Part shown: one piece after another, positions 47,056-57,213 of the stretch
Layout: the number at the start of each line of letters is the position of its first letter
Numbering within the stretch: the first letter of the stretch is position 1
Notes under the pieces: model-generated
Told to the model about the DNA's origin: nothing
What the model saw: the letters and a program-made list of their open reading frames with translations, nothing else
Databases searched by the model: none
Position numbers and translations under genes: made by a program
DNA from: an uncultured Chlamydiae bacterium
Lineage (GTDB): Bacteria; Chlamydiota; Chlamydiia; Chlamydiales; JAJFMB01
Length of the DNA: 64,000 nt
Assembly: GCA_963696295.1 (NCBI GenBank)
Contig: CAVOJR010000001.1
Location: 480,001 to 544,000, forward strand
Direction of reading: 5' to 3'

Positions 47056-50000
47056 TTAAAACTCTTCGAGCGAAAGAATAGCGGAAAAGCTGCTTAATTT
47101 TTTCTTTAACTCATCCGTCAGCTCAATGCCCCACTTCTCATCGATATGCACCTTGCCCACCGGCTGGTCGAAAGCGTGGAACTCCAGCTTGACAGGCGTT
47201 TTGCCGGCATGGTTTACAAACTCTTTTTTTATTTGCAGCAAATGGCTGATCCGTATTTGCTCGGCGTCGATCTTCAGGCAAACCGTTTTCATTTTGGGCT
47301 TCTCTTCCTTTGGAGGTGATTTTTTTTGAGACATTTCTTTCATGCTGGCCGCTTTGGCAATCATGTGCTTTGCTTTATCAAATGCCTGGTCGCATTCCTC
47401 GATCATCTTCTCATCCGCCCGCGTCAGGTCATCCAGCCAGCGGCAGCTGAGGCGCGTTTCCTGTTCGCTTTTCTCAACCACAAGAACGGCATAAAGAAGC
47501 TGATTTTCTAAAATAAGGTTTTTCTTCTCATCATAGAGCTCCGGCCAGATAGGCAGTTCGTATTGCGCTATGCCGTCGCTGACAGACAAAAGCGCAAACT
47601 TGCGCTGGCTTTTGGCGCTCAGACGCACCTTGACCGCTTCGACGAGAAAAGCCGTGCGAAAGACAGTGCTATTATCCATCGTCTCCACATGGCGGAGCGC
47701 TACGCAAGAGAGCCTTTGCAGGATCTTTTTGTGGGCGTCCATGGGGTGTCCGGTCAAAAAGAATCCCAGCAATTCCTTCTCTCTCAGCAAAACTTCATGC
47801 GCAGCAGAAGGCTTGGCCACTTTCGGGGGTTTTTCAAAGTGCGCATCATTTGTCTCCCCTATCAGGCCAAAAAGGGAGAGGATGCCCATGGAGCGCTCCG
47901 ACTGCTCTTTAGCGGCCGTATCGTACATGGCATCAATGCTCATCTTCAGGGCGTCGCGCGTCCACTTTGTGAAATCGAAGCAGCCCGCCTCGACCAAATT
48001 TTCGATCACCTTTTTGCCCACTTTCTTCGTGTCGAGCCTTTTGAAAAAATCGTAAAAGGAAGAATAGGGACCCCGGCGCGTCCGCTCCTCTAAAATCGCT
48101 TCCACAACGCCCTCGCCGACCCCTTTGATGCCGCTCATCGCAAAGCGCACGCCCTGTTTCGCGGCCACAAACTCTTTTCCCGCTTCATTGATATCAGGGG
48201 GCAAAATTTCGATGCCCATCTGGTGGCATTCCCGAATGATTTTGGCCACTTTGGTGAGGTCCGACTGATCGCAGGTCATTAAAGCAGCCATCCATTCTTT
48301 CGGGTAGTTCGCCTTTAAAAAGGCGGTTATATAGGAAAGAAAGCCATAGGCGGCGGCATGCGATTTGTTAAAACCATAGGCGGCAAATTTTTCCATCTTA
48401 TCAAAAATTTGCATCGAAACTTCCGAGCCGATCCCGTTCTCGGCGGCGCCCTGGCGGAATTTCTCTCTTTGCTGCGCCATTTGCTGCATATCTTTCTTAC
48501 CCATGGCGCGCCGCAGCACATCGCCCTCGCCGAGAGAATATTTGGCGAGCTTGCTGGCGATCTGCATCACCTGCTCCTGATACACCATGATGCCGTAAGT
48601 TTCCGCCAAAATGTCTTTCATCCAGGGGTGGTCGTTCTCGATCGCTTCCCGCCCGTGCTTGCGCTGGATGAAGGAGGGGATCATATCCATTGGACCTGGG
48701 CGGTAGAGGGAGACGACCGCGATGATCTCCTCGAACCGGTCCAGGTGCAGCTGCCGCGCGAGATCCTGCATGCCGGCGGATTCTAACTGGAACACTCCAA
48801 GCGTTTTGCCTTGATTGAGCAGATCGAAAGTCGGCTTGTCATCCAGGGGCAGGTTGACCCAGTCGATGGAGATCCCTTTGGAGTTTTTTATGGCGTTCAC
48901 ACAAGTCTGGATAGCGGTCAGCGTCTTCAGGCCCAAAAAGTCGATCTTCAACATCCCGACCATTTCCACCGGTTTCATCGAAAACTGGGTGACGGGCATT
49001 TCGGAGTCTTTGGCGTTGCAGATCGGGATAAAATTGGTCAGCGGCTCGCCGCTGATGATCATCCCGGCGGCGTGGATGCCGGTGTTGCGGATGGAGCCTT
49101 CCAGTTTTTTACCGTTTTCGATAATGCGGGCAGCCTCTTCATCTTCCTCGACAAAGCGCCTCAAGTCCTGGTCTATCTCCAAAGCCTTTTCCAAAGTCAT
49201 ATTGGGATCTTCCGGAACCAGTTTCGCAATCTCATTCACTTTGGCCAAAGGCACGCTTAAAGCGCGCCCCACATCCTTGATCGTCATTTTGGCTTTCATC
49301 GTGCCGAAAGTGATGATCTGCGCCACATTCTCGATGCCGTATTTCTTCAGGGTGTAATTGATCACCTCGCCGCGCCGGTCCATGCAGATGTCCACATCGA
49401 TATCGGGATAGGAGATCCTCTCCGGGTTGATAAAGCGCTCGAAGAACAGGTGGAAACGGAGCGGTTCGATATCGGTGATGCCGATCAGGTAGAGGACGAT
49501 CGATCCCGCCCCCGAGCCCCGGCCCGGCCCCATCGGGATCCCCTGCATTTTGGCCCAATTGATAAAGTCCCACACAATCAGCAGATAATCGCTCATCTCT
49601 TTCGGGACGATGATGCTCATCTCATATTCCAGCCGCTCTTTCACCACTACCAGCGGATCGCGGCCCGGGTAAATCTCCTGCACCTTGGCCAGCCTCTCGG
49701 GCGTATAGCGCTTCACAATGCCCTCGTTGCAAAGCTTCCATAAAAATTCGGTGACCTCGGCGTCGCGTTCCGCCTTGTCGACTTTTTTTCCTTCCAGGTG
49801 GGGCGGAATGAAAACGGGGTAGTGCTTGGTTTTGAAATCGAGCTGAAGCTTGCACTTGTCGGCAATCACAACCGTATTTGACAATGCTTCCGGCAGATCG
49901 CTGAAGAGCTCCGCCATTTGCTGAGGCGACTTGAAATAGATCTCGTGGGAGGGGTAAGTGACCCGTTTCGGGTTGGGAATGCGGAATTTCGGATTGCCGA

Positions 50001-50775
50001 GCGAGTCTTTTTCCCAAATCTCACACGGCTCTCCCGACTGCACATTGAGCAGAATTTCGTGCGCCCGCCAGTCGGAGCGGTCGATGTAATGGCTGTCGTT
50101 CGTCGCCACTACCGGAATATTCAACTCGAGCAGACAGCTGTTGACTTTGTTTTGCCTGGCGATATAGTCGCGGTACTGCTGCACCAGCCACGACTCCTGG
50201 TTCAGGCCGTCTTGCAGAATGTCTTCTTCTGCCATCTGGTGCCGCTGCAATTCCAGATAAAAGTCTTCTCCAAAAAGGTTTTTATACCAGTCGATGCAGC
50301 TCTTAACCGCCTCTTTGTTTCCATGCAAAATGGTATCGGCGATTTCCCCGTCGAGGCCGCCCGACAAACAAATCAGCCCTTTCGAGTACTTCTGCAGCAC
50401 CTCTTTATCGATGCGCGGGTGGTAATAGAACCCTTCGAGATAGCCGATAGAGGTGAGCTTGCACAGATTGTGATACCCTTCGCTGTTTTTGGCCAAAAGC
50501 ACGATAGGATAGCTCGTCCGCTTGCCCGCCTCCCGCTTCTTCTCAAGCCTGCTGCCCGGGGCGACATAAAATTCGCAGCCGATGATCGGCTTTACACCCG
50601 ACGAATGACATTCCTTGAAAAACTCCACCGCGCCGAAGAGATTGCCATGATCGGTCAGGGCCGCGGCCGGCAGACCGAACTCCTTGGCTTTCGCCGCGAT
50701 GGCGTCAATGGAGGCGGAGGCATCCAGAATAGAGTATTGAGAGTGTACGTGCAGGGGTATCCACATGGAGAACAT
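47056..50775 (-). CDS. dnaE: DNA polymerase III alpha subunit
   Basis: LHVHSQYSILD, TDHGN, GPGRGSGAGS, PDIDVD, GFNKSH. Confidence 0.98.
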   Translation of the reverse strand: MFSMWIPLHVHSQYSILDASASIDAIAAKAKEFGLPAAALTDHGNLFGAVEFFKECHSSGVKPIIGCEFYVAPGSRLEKKREAGKRTSYPIVLLAKNSEGYHNLCKLTSIGYLEGFYYHPRIDKEVLQKYSKGLICLSGGLDGEIADTILHGNKEAVKSCIDWYKNLFGEDFYLELQRHQMAEEDILQDGLNQESWLVQQYRDYIARQNKVNSCLLELNIPVVATNDSHYIDRSDWRAHEILLNVQSGEPCEIWEKDSLGNPKFRIPNPKRVTYPSHEIYFKSPQQMAELFSDLPEALSNTVVIADKCKLQLDFKTKHYPVFIPPHLEGKKVDKAERDAEVTEFLWKLCNEGIVKRYTPERLAKVQEIYPGRDPLVVVKERLEYEMSIIVPKEMSDYLLIVWDFINWAKMQGIPMGPGRGSGAGSIVLYLIGITDIEPLRFHLFFERFINPERISYPDIDVDICMDRRGEVINYTLKKYGIENVAQIITFGTMKAKMTIKDVGRALSVPLAKVNEIAKLVPEDPNMTLEKALEIDQDLRRFVEEDEEAARIIENGKKLEGSIRNTGIHAAGMIISGEPLTNFIPICNAKDSEMPVTQFSMKPVEMVGMLKIDFLGLKTLTAIQTCVNAIKNSKGISIDWVNLPLDDKPTFDLLNQGKTLGVFQLESAGMQDLARQLHLDRFEEIIAVVSLYRPGPMDMIPSFIQRKHGREAIENDHPWMKDILAETYGIMVYQEQVMQIASKLAKYSLGEGDVLRRAMGKKDMQQMAQQREKFRQGAAENGIGSEVSMQIFDKMEKFAAYGFNKSHAAAYGFLSYITAFLKANYPKEWMAALMTCDQSDLTKVAKIIRECHQMGIEILPPDINEAGKEFVAAKQGVRFAMSGIKGVGEGVVEAILEERTRRGPYSSFYDFFKRLDTKKVGKKVIENLVEAGCFDFTKWTRDALKMSIDAMYDTAAKEQSERSMGILSLFGLIGETNDAHFEKPPKVAKPSAAHEVLLREKELLGFFLTGHPMDAHKKILQRLSCVALRHVETMDNSTVFRTAFLVEAVKVRLSAKSQRKFALLSVSDGIAQYELPIWPELYDEKKNLILENQLLYAVLVVEKSEQETRLSCRWLDDLTRADEKMIEECDQAFDKAKHMIAKAASMKEMSQKKSPPKEEKPKMKTVCLKIDAEQIRISHLLQIKKEFVNHAGKTPVKLEFHAFDQPVGKVHIDEKWGIELTDELKKKLSSFSAILSLEEF

Positions 50776-50866
50776 TAAACACGATTAAGAGCCTGTTTGC
50801 AATGGGAAAAAAATTCCATTCTCGTATAATTCTTTAATGGATATGGTAGTGAAAAAGAGAATTAAC

Positions 50867-51214
50867 ATGTCATTTGATCGAAAAGAAGCAAAAGCTTATT
50901 TGAAGCAAAAAGAACAAAGAGCAAACGAAGAGCTGGAACAAGCTCGTCAAACGATATTAGAAAATGTCATCAGCATATTAAAAAAAGAATTTTCTAATAC
51001 CGAGGTGGAAGTTTATCTAGTTGGGTCCATTACCAGACAATTCCAGTTTTCTAAAAAATCTGATGTTGATATAGTTTTGAGGCATTTTAAGGGAGATCGC
51101 TTCGAAATTTGGCCCCGTCTTGAAAACTTAATCGGAAGAAAAATCGAACTGATTTTGTATGAAAACTGCTCTTTTCAAGACCATATTGAAAAAGAGGGAT
51201 TAAAAGTCATATAA
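50867..51214 (+). CDS. Minimal nucleotidyltransferase (MNT) antitoxin-like protein
   Basis: VYLVGSIT....SDVDI; paired with a HEPN gene; start may be 50837. Confidence 0.85.
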   Translation: MSFDRKEAKAYLKQKEQRANEELEQARQTILENVISILKKEFSNTEVEVYLVGSITRQFQFSKKSDVDIVLRHFKGDRFEIWPRLENLIGRKIELILYENCSFQDHIEKEGLKVI

Positions 51215-51215
51215 C

Positions 51216-51674
51216 ATGGAAAAATATCGGTTCTTATCAGCTCTTATTAATAAACAAAGCGAATTCATCCATCGCATTCATAATGAAATCATCTCGGTCG
51301 ATCTTTCTGTTTATGAAAAAAGATATCTGTTTGCCTTAAAGGTGCAGCAAATGTATACGGCAATCGAAGATATGTTCAAGCAAATTGCCAAAGCTTTTGA
51401 AAATCACATCGATGCATTATCTTCATACCATAAAGAGCTGCTTATAAGAGTCAATATGGACATCCCAAAGATTCGCCCAAAAGTCATTTCCAACGAGACG
51501 CTTCTTCTATTAGACAAAGTGCGTTCATTTCCCCATTTTGTCAGACATGCCTACGACTGTGAACTGGATGAGCAGGAATTAAGGCTTATACAAAATCGGC
51601 TGAGGGAGCAATTCGTCCTCTTCAGCCGCGATTTGAACCTCTTTCAAAAATATGTCGATGAGCTTGCTGAATAA
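51216..51674 (+). CDS. HEPN (HepT-like) ribonuclease toxin, catalytic motif degenerate
   Basis: YTAIED.F..IA, HKELL, RP.VIS, then FPHFVRHAY where FRHxxRHxY is expected. Confidence 0.8.
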   Translation: MEKYRFLSALINKQSEFIHRIHNEIISVDLSVYEKRYLFALKVQQMYTAIEDMFKQIAKAFENHIDALSSYHKELLIRVNMDIPKIRPKVISNETLLLLDKVRSFPHFVRHAYDCELDEQELRLIQNRLREQFVLFSRDLNLFQKYVDELAE

Positions 51675-51687
51675 TTACGAAAACGTG

Positions 51688-53079
51688 TTAAGCGCCAACA
51701 ACCTCTTCGTCGATAGGCGGCACCCCTTTGGCTTCGGCAGCCTTCTTGCTCTTCGCATTCTCGGTGACTCCCCACATCGGCAGCAAAAAGATGATGGATA
51801 AGAAACAGCAGGCGATCAGCACCATGAAAAAGCCTTCCCATCCCACGCTGTTGGTAATCGTCCCCAGAGGATAACCGGCCGCCGCCGCCCCCATGTAAGC
51901 GATAAAGCCGGTAAAGCCGGTCGATGTGGCCGCGGCTTTTTTATGGGAAAGCTCCGCTGCCGCCACCCCGATCAGCATCTGCGGGCCGAAAATCACAAAA
52001 CCGATGAAAAATAACCCTAAAGAATCGAGATAAGGATAGCCGGGAGGCGTCAGGTAAAAGAAAAAGATCGCGAGCAGCATGCCTATAGAAAATAAGACGT
52101 TGACCGGTCCCCTCTTCGCGCTGAAAAAGCGGTCGGAAAACCAGCCGGCGCAGAGGCTGCCGAAAAAGCCCCCCACTTCAAACAGGGAAACACAGCCGTT
52201 GGCCGTAATCAGGTCATACCCCTTCTCCTCCCGCAGGAAGAGAGCCGTCCAGTCGTTGATCCCCGTCCGAACCACATAGACAAAGAAATAGGCGATGCCC
52301 AGCATCCACATGTATTTGTTTTTTAAAACGTAATCGACCAGAATTTCCTTGGTCGAAAGTTCCTCCTCGACTTCCCCTTTCTTCACCGTGGAGCCGACAT
52401 AGTCGTCGCGATACTGCTCAATAGGCGGCAGACCGAGCGACTGAGGGGTGTCGCGCAAACGGTTGATCAGAAACAGCCCGCCGATAATACAAATGCAGCC
52501 GGGCACATACATCGCATACCGCCAGCCGAAATAATACATGGTCACCCCGACGATCCAGGGGATCAAAAAGGCGCCGACGTTGTGCGACACATTCCAGGTC
52601 GACCACCAGGAACCCCGCTCCGAATGGGAATACCAGTGCGTCAAAAGGCGGGCGCACGGCGGCCAGCCAAACCCCTGAAACCAGCCATTCATTCCCCAAA
52701 AGAGAGCAAAAATCGTTAATGAGGAGGAAAGGCCGAATAGCAGGTTGCATACCCCGGTCAGCATCAAACCTATCGCCATAAAATAGCGGGGATTCGATTT
52801 ATCGGAGATGATCCCGCTCGCAAACTTACTGATACCGTAGGTGATATAAAAAATACTGCCTAACAGACCGAGCTGAGCTTTATCCAGATGGAGATCCTGG
52901 ATCATGCCGGGCATGGCAAAGGTGAAACTTTTTCGGGTTAGATAGAAAAGGGCATAACCGACAAACATCGAATAAAGAATCCGGTAGCGCCAATATTTAT
53001 ACTTCTGGTCGACTTCGCTTTTATCCTCAATTTGCTCAATATGAGCCGCAGGTCTTAAGAGCTTCATTAGGAAATTCAT
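51688..53079 (-). CDS. uhpC: Hexose-phosphate transporter (MFS, OPA family)
   Basis: GYALFYLTRKSF, FQGFGWPPC, WNVSHNVG, FGPQMLIG. Confidence 0.93.
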   Translation of the reverse strand: MNFLMKLLRPAAHIEQIEDKSEVDQKYKYWRYRILYSMFVGYALFYLTRKSFTFAMPGMIQDLHLDKAQLGLLGSIFYITYGISKFASGIISDKSNPRYFMAIGLMLTGVCNLLFGLSSSLTIFALFWGMNGWFQGFGWPPCARLLTHWYSHSERGSWWSTWNVSHNVGAFLIPWIVGVTMYYFGWRYAMYVPGCICIIGGLFLINRLRDTPQSLGLPPIEQYRDDYVGSTVKKGEVEEELSTKEILVDYVLKNKYMWMLGIAYFFVYVVRTGINDWTALFLREEKGYDLITANGCVSLFEVGGFFGSLCAGWFSDRFFSAKRGPVNVLFSIGMLLAIFFFYLTPPGYPYLDSLGLFFIGFVIFGPQMLIGVAAAELSHKKAAATSTGFTGFIAYMGAAAAGYPLGTITNSVGWEGFFMVLIACCFLSIIFLLPMWGVTENAKSKKAAEAKGVPPIDEEVVGA

Positions 53080-53161
53080 CTAACTCTCCTTAAACATCCT
53101 TGACAGGACTTAATATTCTTAGCTTACAAATATCAACTATTTCAATAAGAAGATTATATAC

Positions 53162-53713
53162 TCATTTCAAATTGAATCCAATCATTTTATTGTCAGGCCC
53201 CCAAATTTCTTCGATCAGCTCCCCAAACTCCCCCATATCATCTAGTAAATATTTTTTCACTAAGACTTCATGGACATTGGAATCGAATAACATAACTCCG
53301 TTAAAATCGGCGCCTCTATCGCAATACCTCATCTCATGGACAGACAAAAGCATGCCGTGCGGGGAGTAAATCCGGCACTCGACGGGGCGGTTGTTGAAAA
53401 AATAAGTAATCTCTTGATAGATGAGCCTATCATCCTGATTTCGAATGAAATGGCTGGTCTGATCGGCTGTCTCGCTGCAAAGCTCCCTTTCCCAGCCCTC
53501 CTGTTCCGAGGGGTGAAGCTTGCGGAAATCGATCAGCCGCGAATCATATATCAGTTTATTGAAATCTGTCCCGCTGTATTGCTCTATGCTAATCCATTTG
53601 CGGTAAGGATCCTGGATAATTTTGTACGACTTTTCCTTATCTTTGGGCTCTACGGCTTTCACCCCGTAAGGCAGCCCCTCTTTCCAATAATAGTCTTGGT
53701 AAAATTTAGTCAT
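53162..53713 (-). CDS. Hypothetical protein
   Basis: 183-aa ORF co-oriented with uhpC. Confidence 0.7.
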   Translation of the reverse strand: MTKFYQDYYWKEGLPYGVKAVEPKDKEKSYKIIQDPYRKWISIEQYSGTDFNKLIYDSRLIDFRKLHPSEQEGWERELCSETADQTSHFIRNQDDRLIYQEITYFFNNRPVECRIYSPHGMLLSVHEMRYCDRGADFNGVMLFDSNVHEVLVKKYLLDDMGEFGELIEEIWGPDNKMIGFNLK

Positions 53714-53730
53714 ACGGGTATTCTTTCTTC

Positions 53731-54210
53731 ATGAATCTATTCCACCATCCACGCGGTCCTCGGATCACGGCAACTTTCTTAACCAGCGGCAAGGAGATTT
53801 CGTCGATCACCCTGGCCGAGCATAATCAAGACGGCTGTTGTTGGCAATTAGAAAGTGGGGCCCTATCCGATCTCATTAATCAATGGATGAACGGATACTG
53901 CGAGAAAGAAGCCGTCTTACCCTCCCTCCCCCTCAATTTAGGCAAAATGCCCCCCTTTACTAAAAAAATCCTCGCCGCTCTCCCAACCGTCCGATTTGGA
54001 CAAGTAATTACATATCAACAGCTTGCATCACTAGCCGGACAGCCAAAGGCCTTCCGGGCGGCGGGCGGCGCCTGCGGGCGCAATCCTTACCCATTAGTCC
54101 TGCCCTGCCATCGGATTTTAGCCGGCGGCGGCCTTGGGGGGTTCGCCTTTGGATTGGGGGTAAAAAGGGAATTACTTTCCTTTGAAAACCATTTATTTTC
54201 AGTCAATTAG
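53731..54210 (+). CDS. ogt: O6-methylguanine-DNA methyltransferase
   Basis: G...TY, RAAGGAC..NP, PCHR. Confidence 0.9.
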   Translation: MNLFHHPRGPRITATFLTSGKEISSITLAEHNQDGCCWQLESGALSDLINQWMNGYCEKEAVLPSLPLNLGKMPPFTKKILAALPTVRFGQVITYQQLASLAGQPKAFRAAGGACGRNPYPLVLPCHRILAGGGLGGFAFGLGVKRELLSFENHLFSVN

Positions 54211-54302
54211 AACAGATTTACGTTGAATGGCATCCTCCTTGCTTAAGCTCTAGTGGGCCTATTTTGCAATTCATAGGGGAAAACTCTCCTATAGAGGAGG
54301 TA

Positions 54303-54482
54303 ATGATGACTAAAGGGCAGCTACAAAAAAAAATAGCCTATTTAGAGTTTGTGCATGATCAACTAACTGCTGAGTTAGAATATGTGGACAAGCTGCTGAA
54401 AGAGATAGGTTTTCCCAATGGGCTGAAATCAGCTAAATTGGTTGCGATTGAATTGCTTAAAGATAAAGAAAACCTTAACTAA
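54303..54482 (+). CDS. Small helical chlamydial protein (paralog 1)
   Basis: IAYLEFVHDQL..EL...IGFPNGL; RBS GAGGAGG. Confidence 0.8.
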   Translation: MMTKGQLQKKIAYLEFVHDQLTAELEYVDKLLKEIGFPNGLKSAKLVAIELLKDKENLN

Positions 54483-54493
54483 TGAGGTGATCT

Positions 54494-54682
54494 ATGAAGA
54501 AAGTAGATTTATTCAAGCAATTATTAGAGCTCGAAGAAATAAATGCGGAGTTGCTGCAGGAGATCTATGAAACGGATCAAATCATGCGCCGTATTGGATT
54601 TTCGGATGGCCTGGCAACCGTCAAAGCCGTCGCTTTAAGCATGTGCGATGATAAAATGGAAGAGGAGGACACCATTAATTAA
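54494..54682 (+). CDS. Small helical chlamydial protein (paralog 2)
   Basis: LEEINAEL..EI...IGFSDGL; RBS GAGGTG. Confidence 0.8.
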   Translation: MKKVDLFKQLLELEEINAELLQEIYETDQIMRRIGFSDGLATVKAVALSMCDDKMEEEDTIN

Positions 54683-57182
54683 GGAGGTCTGTCAGATCCT
54701 GCAAGCTTAATTGTTCCATTAACCCCTCTTCGTCGAGGAAATTTTCGGCGATTTGCCGTTTACGCTCTTTTAATTTTAACATTTTTTCCTCAACACTCTC
54801 TAACGTGATAAACCTCTTGGCTATCACGGAATCCTTCCTGCCTATCCGGTGCGCCCGGTTGATCGCCTGATTTTCCACCGCTTCATTCCACCAGGGATCT
54901 AGGATATAGACATAATCTGCGGCCGTTAAATTCAACCCCACGCCCCCGGCTTTTAAACTAATAAAAAAGAGGCAGAGATTTTCCTGTTGCTGAAACTTGA
55001 CGACCTCCTCTTCCCGGTTTTTTGTCGATCCATCCAGATAGGCATAAAGCCAGCTCCTGGCTTTGGCCTCTTTGACAAAGAGTTGCAGGAGGCTGGTGAA
55101 CTGGCTGTATACTAGTACTTTATGCCCTTCGGCCACAAGGGTTTCCAAATCCTGCAGGACAATCTCCATCTTAGCTGAGGAAAAGAGCGTCTCTTCGGGA
55201 AAAAGAGAGGAGCAGAGCAGAGGAGTGCAGCAGATCTGCCTTAAGCGCAGGATCGTTTCAAAGATCTCCATGCGGTGTTTGGCCGCCCCATCGCTTTTCA
55301 CCTTTTGTAAAACCTTGCTGCCCTGAAGAAACTGCTCGTAGAGAGCCCGCTGCTCCGGCGTCATTTCGACATAGACGATCTGCTCGATTTTTTCCGGCAG
55401 GTCCTTGGCCACTTCCCCTTTTAAACGGCGCAAAAGAAAAGGGCGGATTTTTCGCTTTATCTTTTGCAAATAGCGCGCATCAAAATCCGCCGCCGCATTA
55501 TCACCTCTAAAAGCCTCCTCATCCCCCAGCAGATCGGGCATCAGAAACCGGAAATAGGACCAAAGCTCCATCCCGTTATTTTCAATAGGCGTACCGCTTA
55601 AGCACAGGCGAAATTGCGCCTGCAGCTGGCATACGGCCGTTGAAACTTGGGTATGGGCGTTTTTGATCACCTGGGCTTCATCCAGGATGACCGCGTGAAA
55701 TTTCTGCTTCCGGAAAATATCCAGGTCCAAACGCAATGTGGCATAAGAAGTCAAAATGACTTGAGCAGATGCCATCTGCCGCTCTTTGCCGTGATAAATC
55801 GCGACCTTTGCCTCAGGCAGGAACTGCTCAAACTCCCTTTTCCAGTTAAATAAAAGGGTCGTAGGCATGACGATCAAAACAGGGTCTGATAACTTTAAGC
55901 GAGAAAGGAAGCCGATCACCTGCACGGTTTTTCCAAGCCCCATCTCATCAGCCAAAAGACCGTGAAATCCGTTCTCATAGAGAAAGGAGAGCCAATTCAC
56001 CCCCGTCTGCTGATAAGGGCGCAGCGTCGCTCCAAAATTTTCTCCAGGAACAGCCTGTGTGAGACCCTGGAAATCGCCCAACTTGCCCACTAACTCTTTT
56101 AATGAGGGCTCTCCATGTCTCTCCAGGAGATCCCCGAAAGAAAGCGCGCGGCTTAATGGCGCCCTGAACCCGTCTTCCACCGCCTCGCACTCCTCGGCAA
56201 ACGGCTTGGCGGTTTCATCGGAAATTAAACCCACCTCATTGGAACTCAACTGAATAAACCGCTCGCGCCGGTTGAATGATCCCACCACCTCCTGCAAATT
56301 CATCACATGATCGGCATAGCGCACTTTTCCGCAGATCCGCACCTCCCCCTTTTCCTCATGGAATTGAAAATCGACGTCGCTCTGCCGGACGATGCGCCGT
56401 CCTTGCAAATCAAAGATCTTCCATCCCAATTCGAGCAAAAAGGTGAGACTGCTCGCCACTTTATCCATCGGGCAGTAGTAATGGGAAGTTCCCGCCTGCT
56501 TGAGGATAAAATCGGTTTCAAGCAGATCTTTCTGCCACCCTTTTTCGACTTCTCTTTGCCTCTTCTGCCCCCCGACGCTGACGGCCGGATTGTGAAAATC
56601 GATGCTGTCTTGGCCATAATCGAGCCACAAATTGGCAAAAGCCCCCGTCCGGTCGGTCAATTTCAGCATCGGCTGGGGCTCATTTTGAATTTTGATCGCC
56701 TCCCTGGCATTGCCCAGGTACTCAACAGGCACCTCTTCATCTTCCAAATCGGCCAGCCGCAATTCCTCCCCCATCGCTTTTTTCAAGAGGGAAAACTGGG
56801 TAACGGGCTGAATCAGCTTTAAAGAGCGTCCCTTGATAAACCAGTGGGGCGGGCCGGCAGAGAGAAATTCGCACTCCCTTAAGTCGAATCCCTGGTCTTT
56901 GCTCTGCAGCCAGGCTACCACCTTCTCCTGGCTTTCCACCCGGTAGACAAGTTTTACTGGGCCGTACAAATCGACCACGATCTCTTTTCCCTGAAAAGAT
57001 AAGGCGCCGGTGGAAAGCATGAGCTTTAAGAAATCAAATGTTTTTTGATAGGGGATATGGTAAAAGCCGCCCCCCTTGTCGAACTTTTGCCATTCTTTCC
57101 CCAAAGAACCGGTGACCTTGACGACAAGACAGCGGGCTTCGAGGGATTTTTTTTGCTCAATTTGACACTGTAATGATAACAT
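54675..57182 (-). CDS. SNF2/SWI2-family helicase
   Basis: LRPYQ, LADEMGLGKT, DEAQ, SGTPIEN, KAGGVGLNLTAAD, RAHRIG. Confidence 0.95.
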   Translation of the reverse strand: MLSLQCQIEQKKSLEARCLVVKVTGSLGKEWQKFDKGGGFYHIPYQKTFDFLKLMLSTGALSFQGKEIVVDLYGPVKLVYRVESQEKVVAWLQSKDQGFDLRECEFLSAGPPHWFIKGRSLKLIQPVTQFSLLKKAMGEELRLADLEDEEVPVEYLGNAREAIKIQNEPQPMLKLTDRTGAFANLWLDYGQDSIDFHNPAVSVGGQKRQREVEKGWQKDLLETDFILKQAGTSHYYCPMDKVASSLTFLLELGWKIFDLQGRRIVRQSDVDFQFHEEKGEVRICGKVRYADHVMNLQEVVGSFNRRERFIQLSSNEVGLISDETAKPFAEECEAVEDGFRAPLSRALSFGDLLERHGEPSLKELVGKLGDFQGLTQAVPGENFGATLRPYQQTGVNWLSFLYENGFHGLLADEMGLGKTVQVIGFLSRLKLSDPVLIVMPTTLLFNWKREFEQFLPEAKVAIYHGKERQMASAQVILTSYATLRLDLDIFRKQKFHAVILDEAQVIKNAHTQVSTAVCQLQAQFRLCLSGTPIENNGMELWSYFRFLMPDLLGDEEAFRGDNAAADFDARYLQKIKRKIRPFLLRRLKGEVAKDLPEKIEQIVYVEMTPEQRALYEQFLQGSKVLQKVKSDGAAKHRMEIFETILRLRQICCTPLLCSSLFPEETLFSSAKMEIVLQDLETLVAEGHKVLVYSQFTSLLQLFVKEAKARSWLYAYLDGSTKNREEEVVKFQQQENLCLFFISLKAGGVGLNLTAADYVYILDPWWNEAVENQAINRAHRIGRKDSVIAKRFITLESVEEKMLKLKERKRQIAENFLDEEGLMEQLSLQDLTDLLN

Positions 57183-57213
57183 GATGTTAAAGTATAACGG
57201 AAAAGGTACCGGT

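Noticed and set aside
49918..50778. 286-aa plus-strand ORF and the GC-richer stretch in dnaE
   Set aside because: Antisense shadow caused by GC-rich third codon positions; DnaE has normal length with no sign of an intein
54675..57182. SNF2 helicase as a defence-system component
   Set aside because: Chlamydiae carry conserved SNF2 helicases and no defence genes are adjacent
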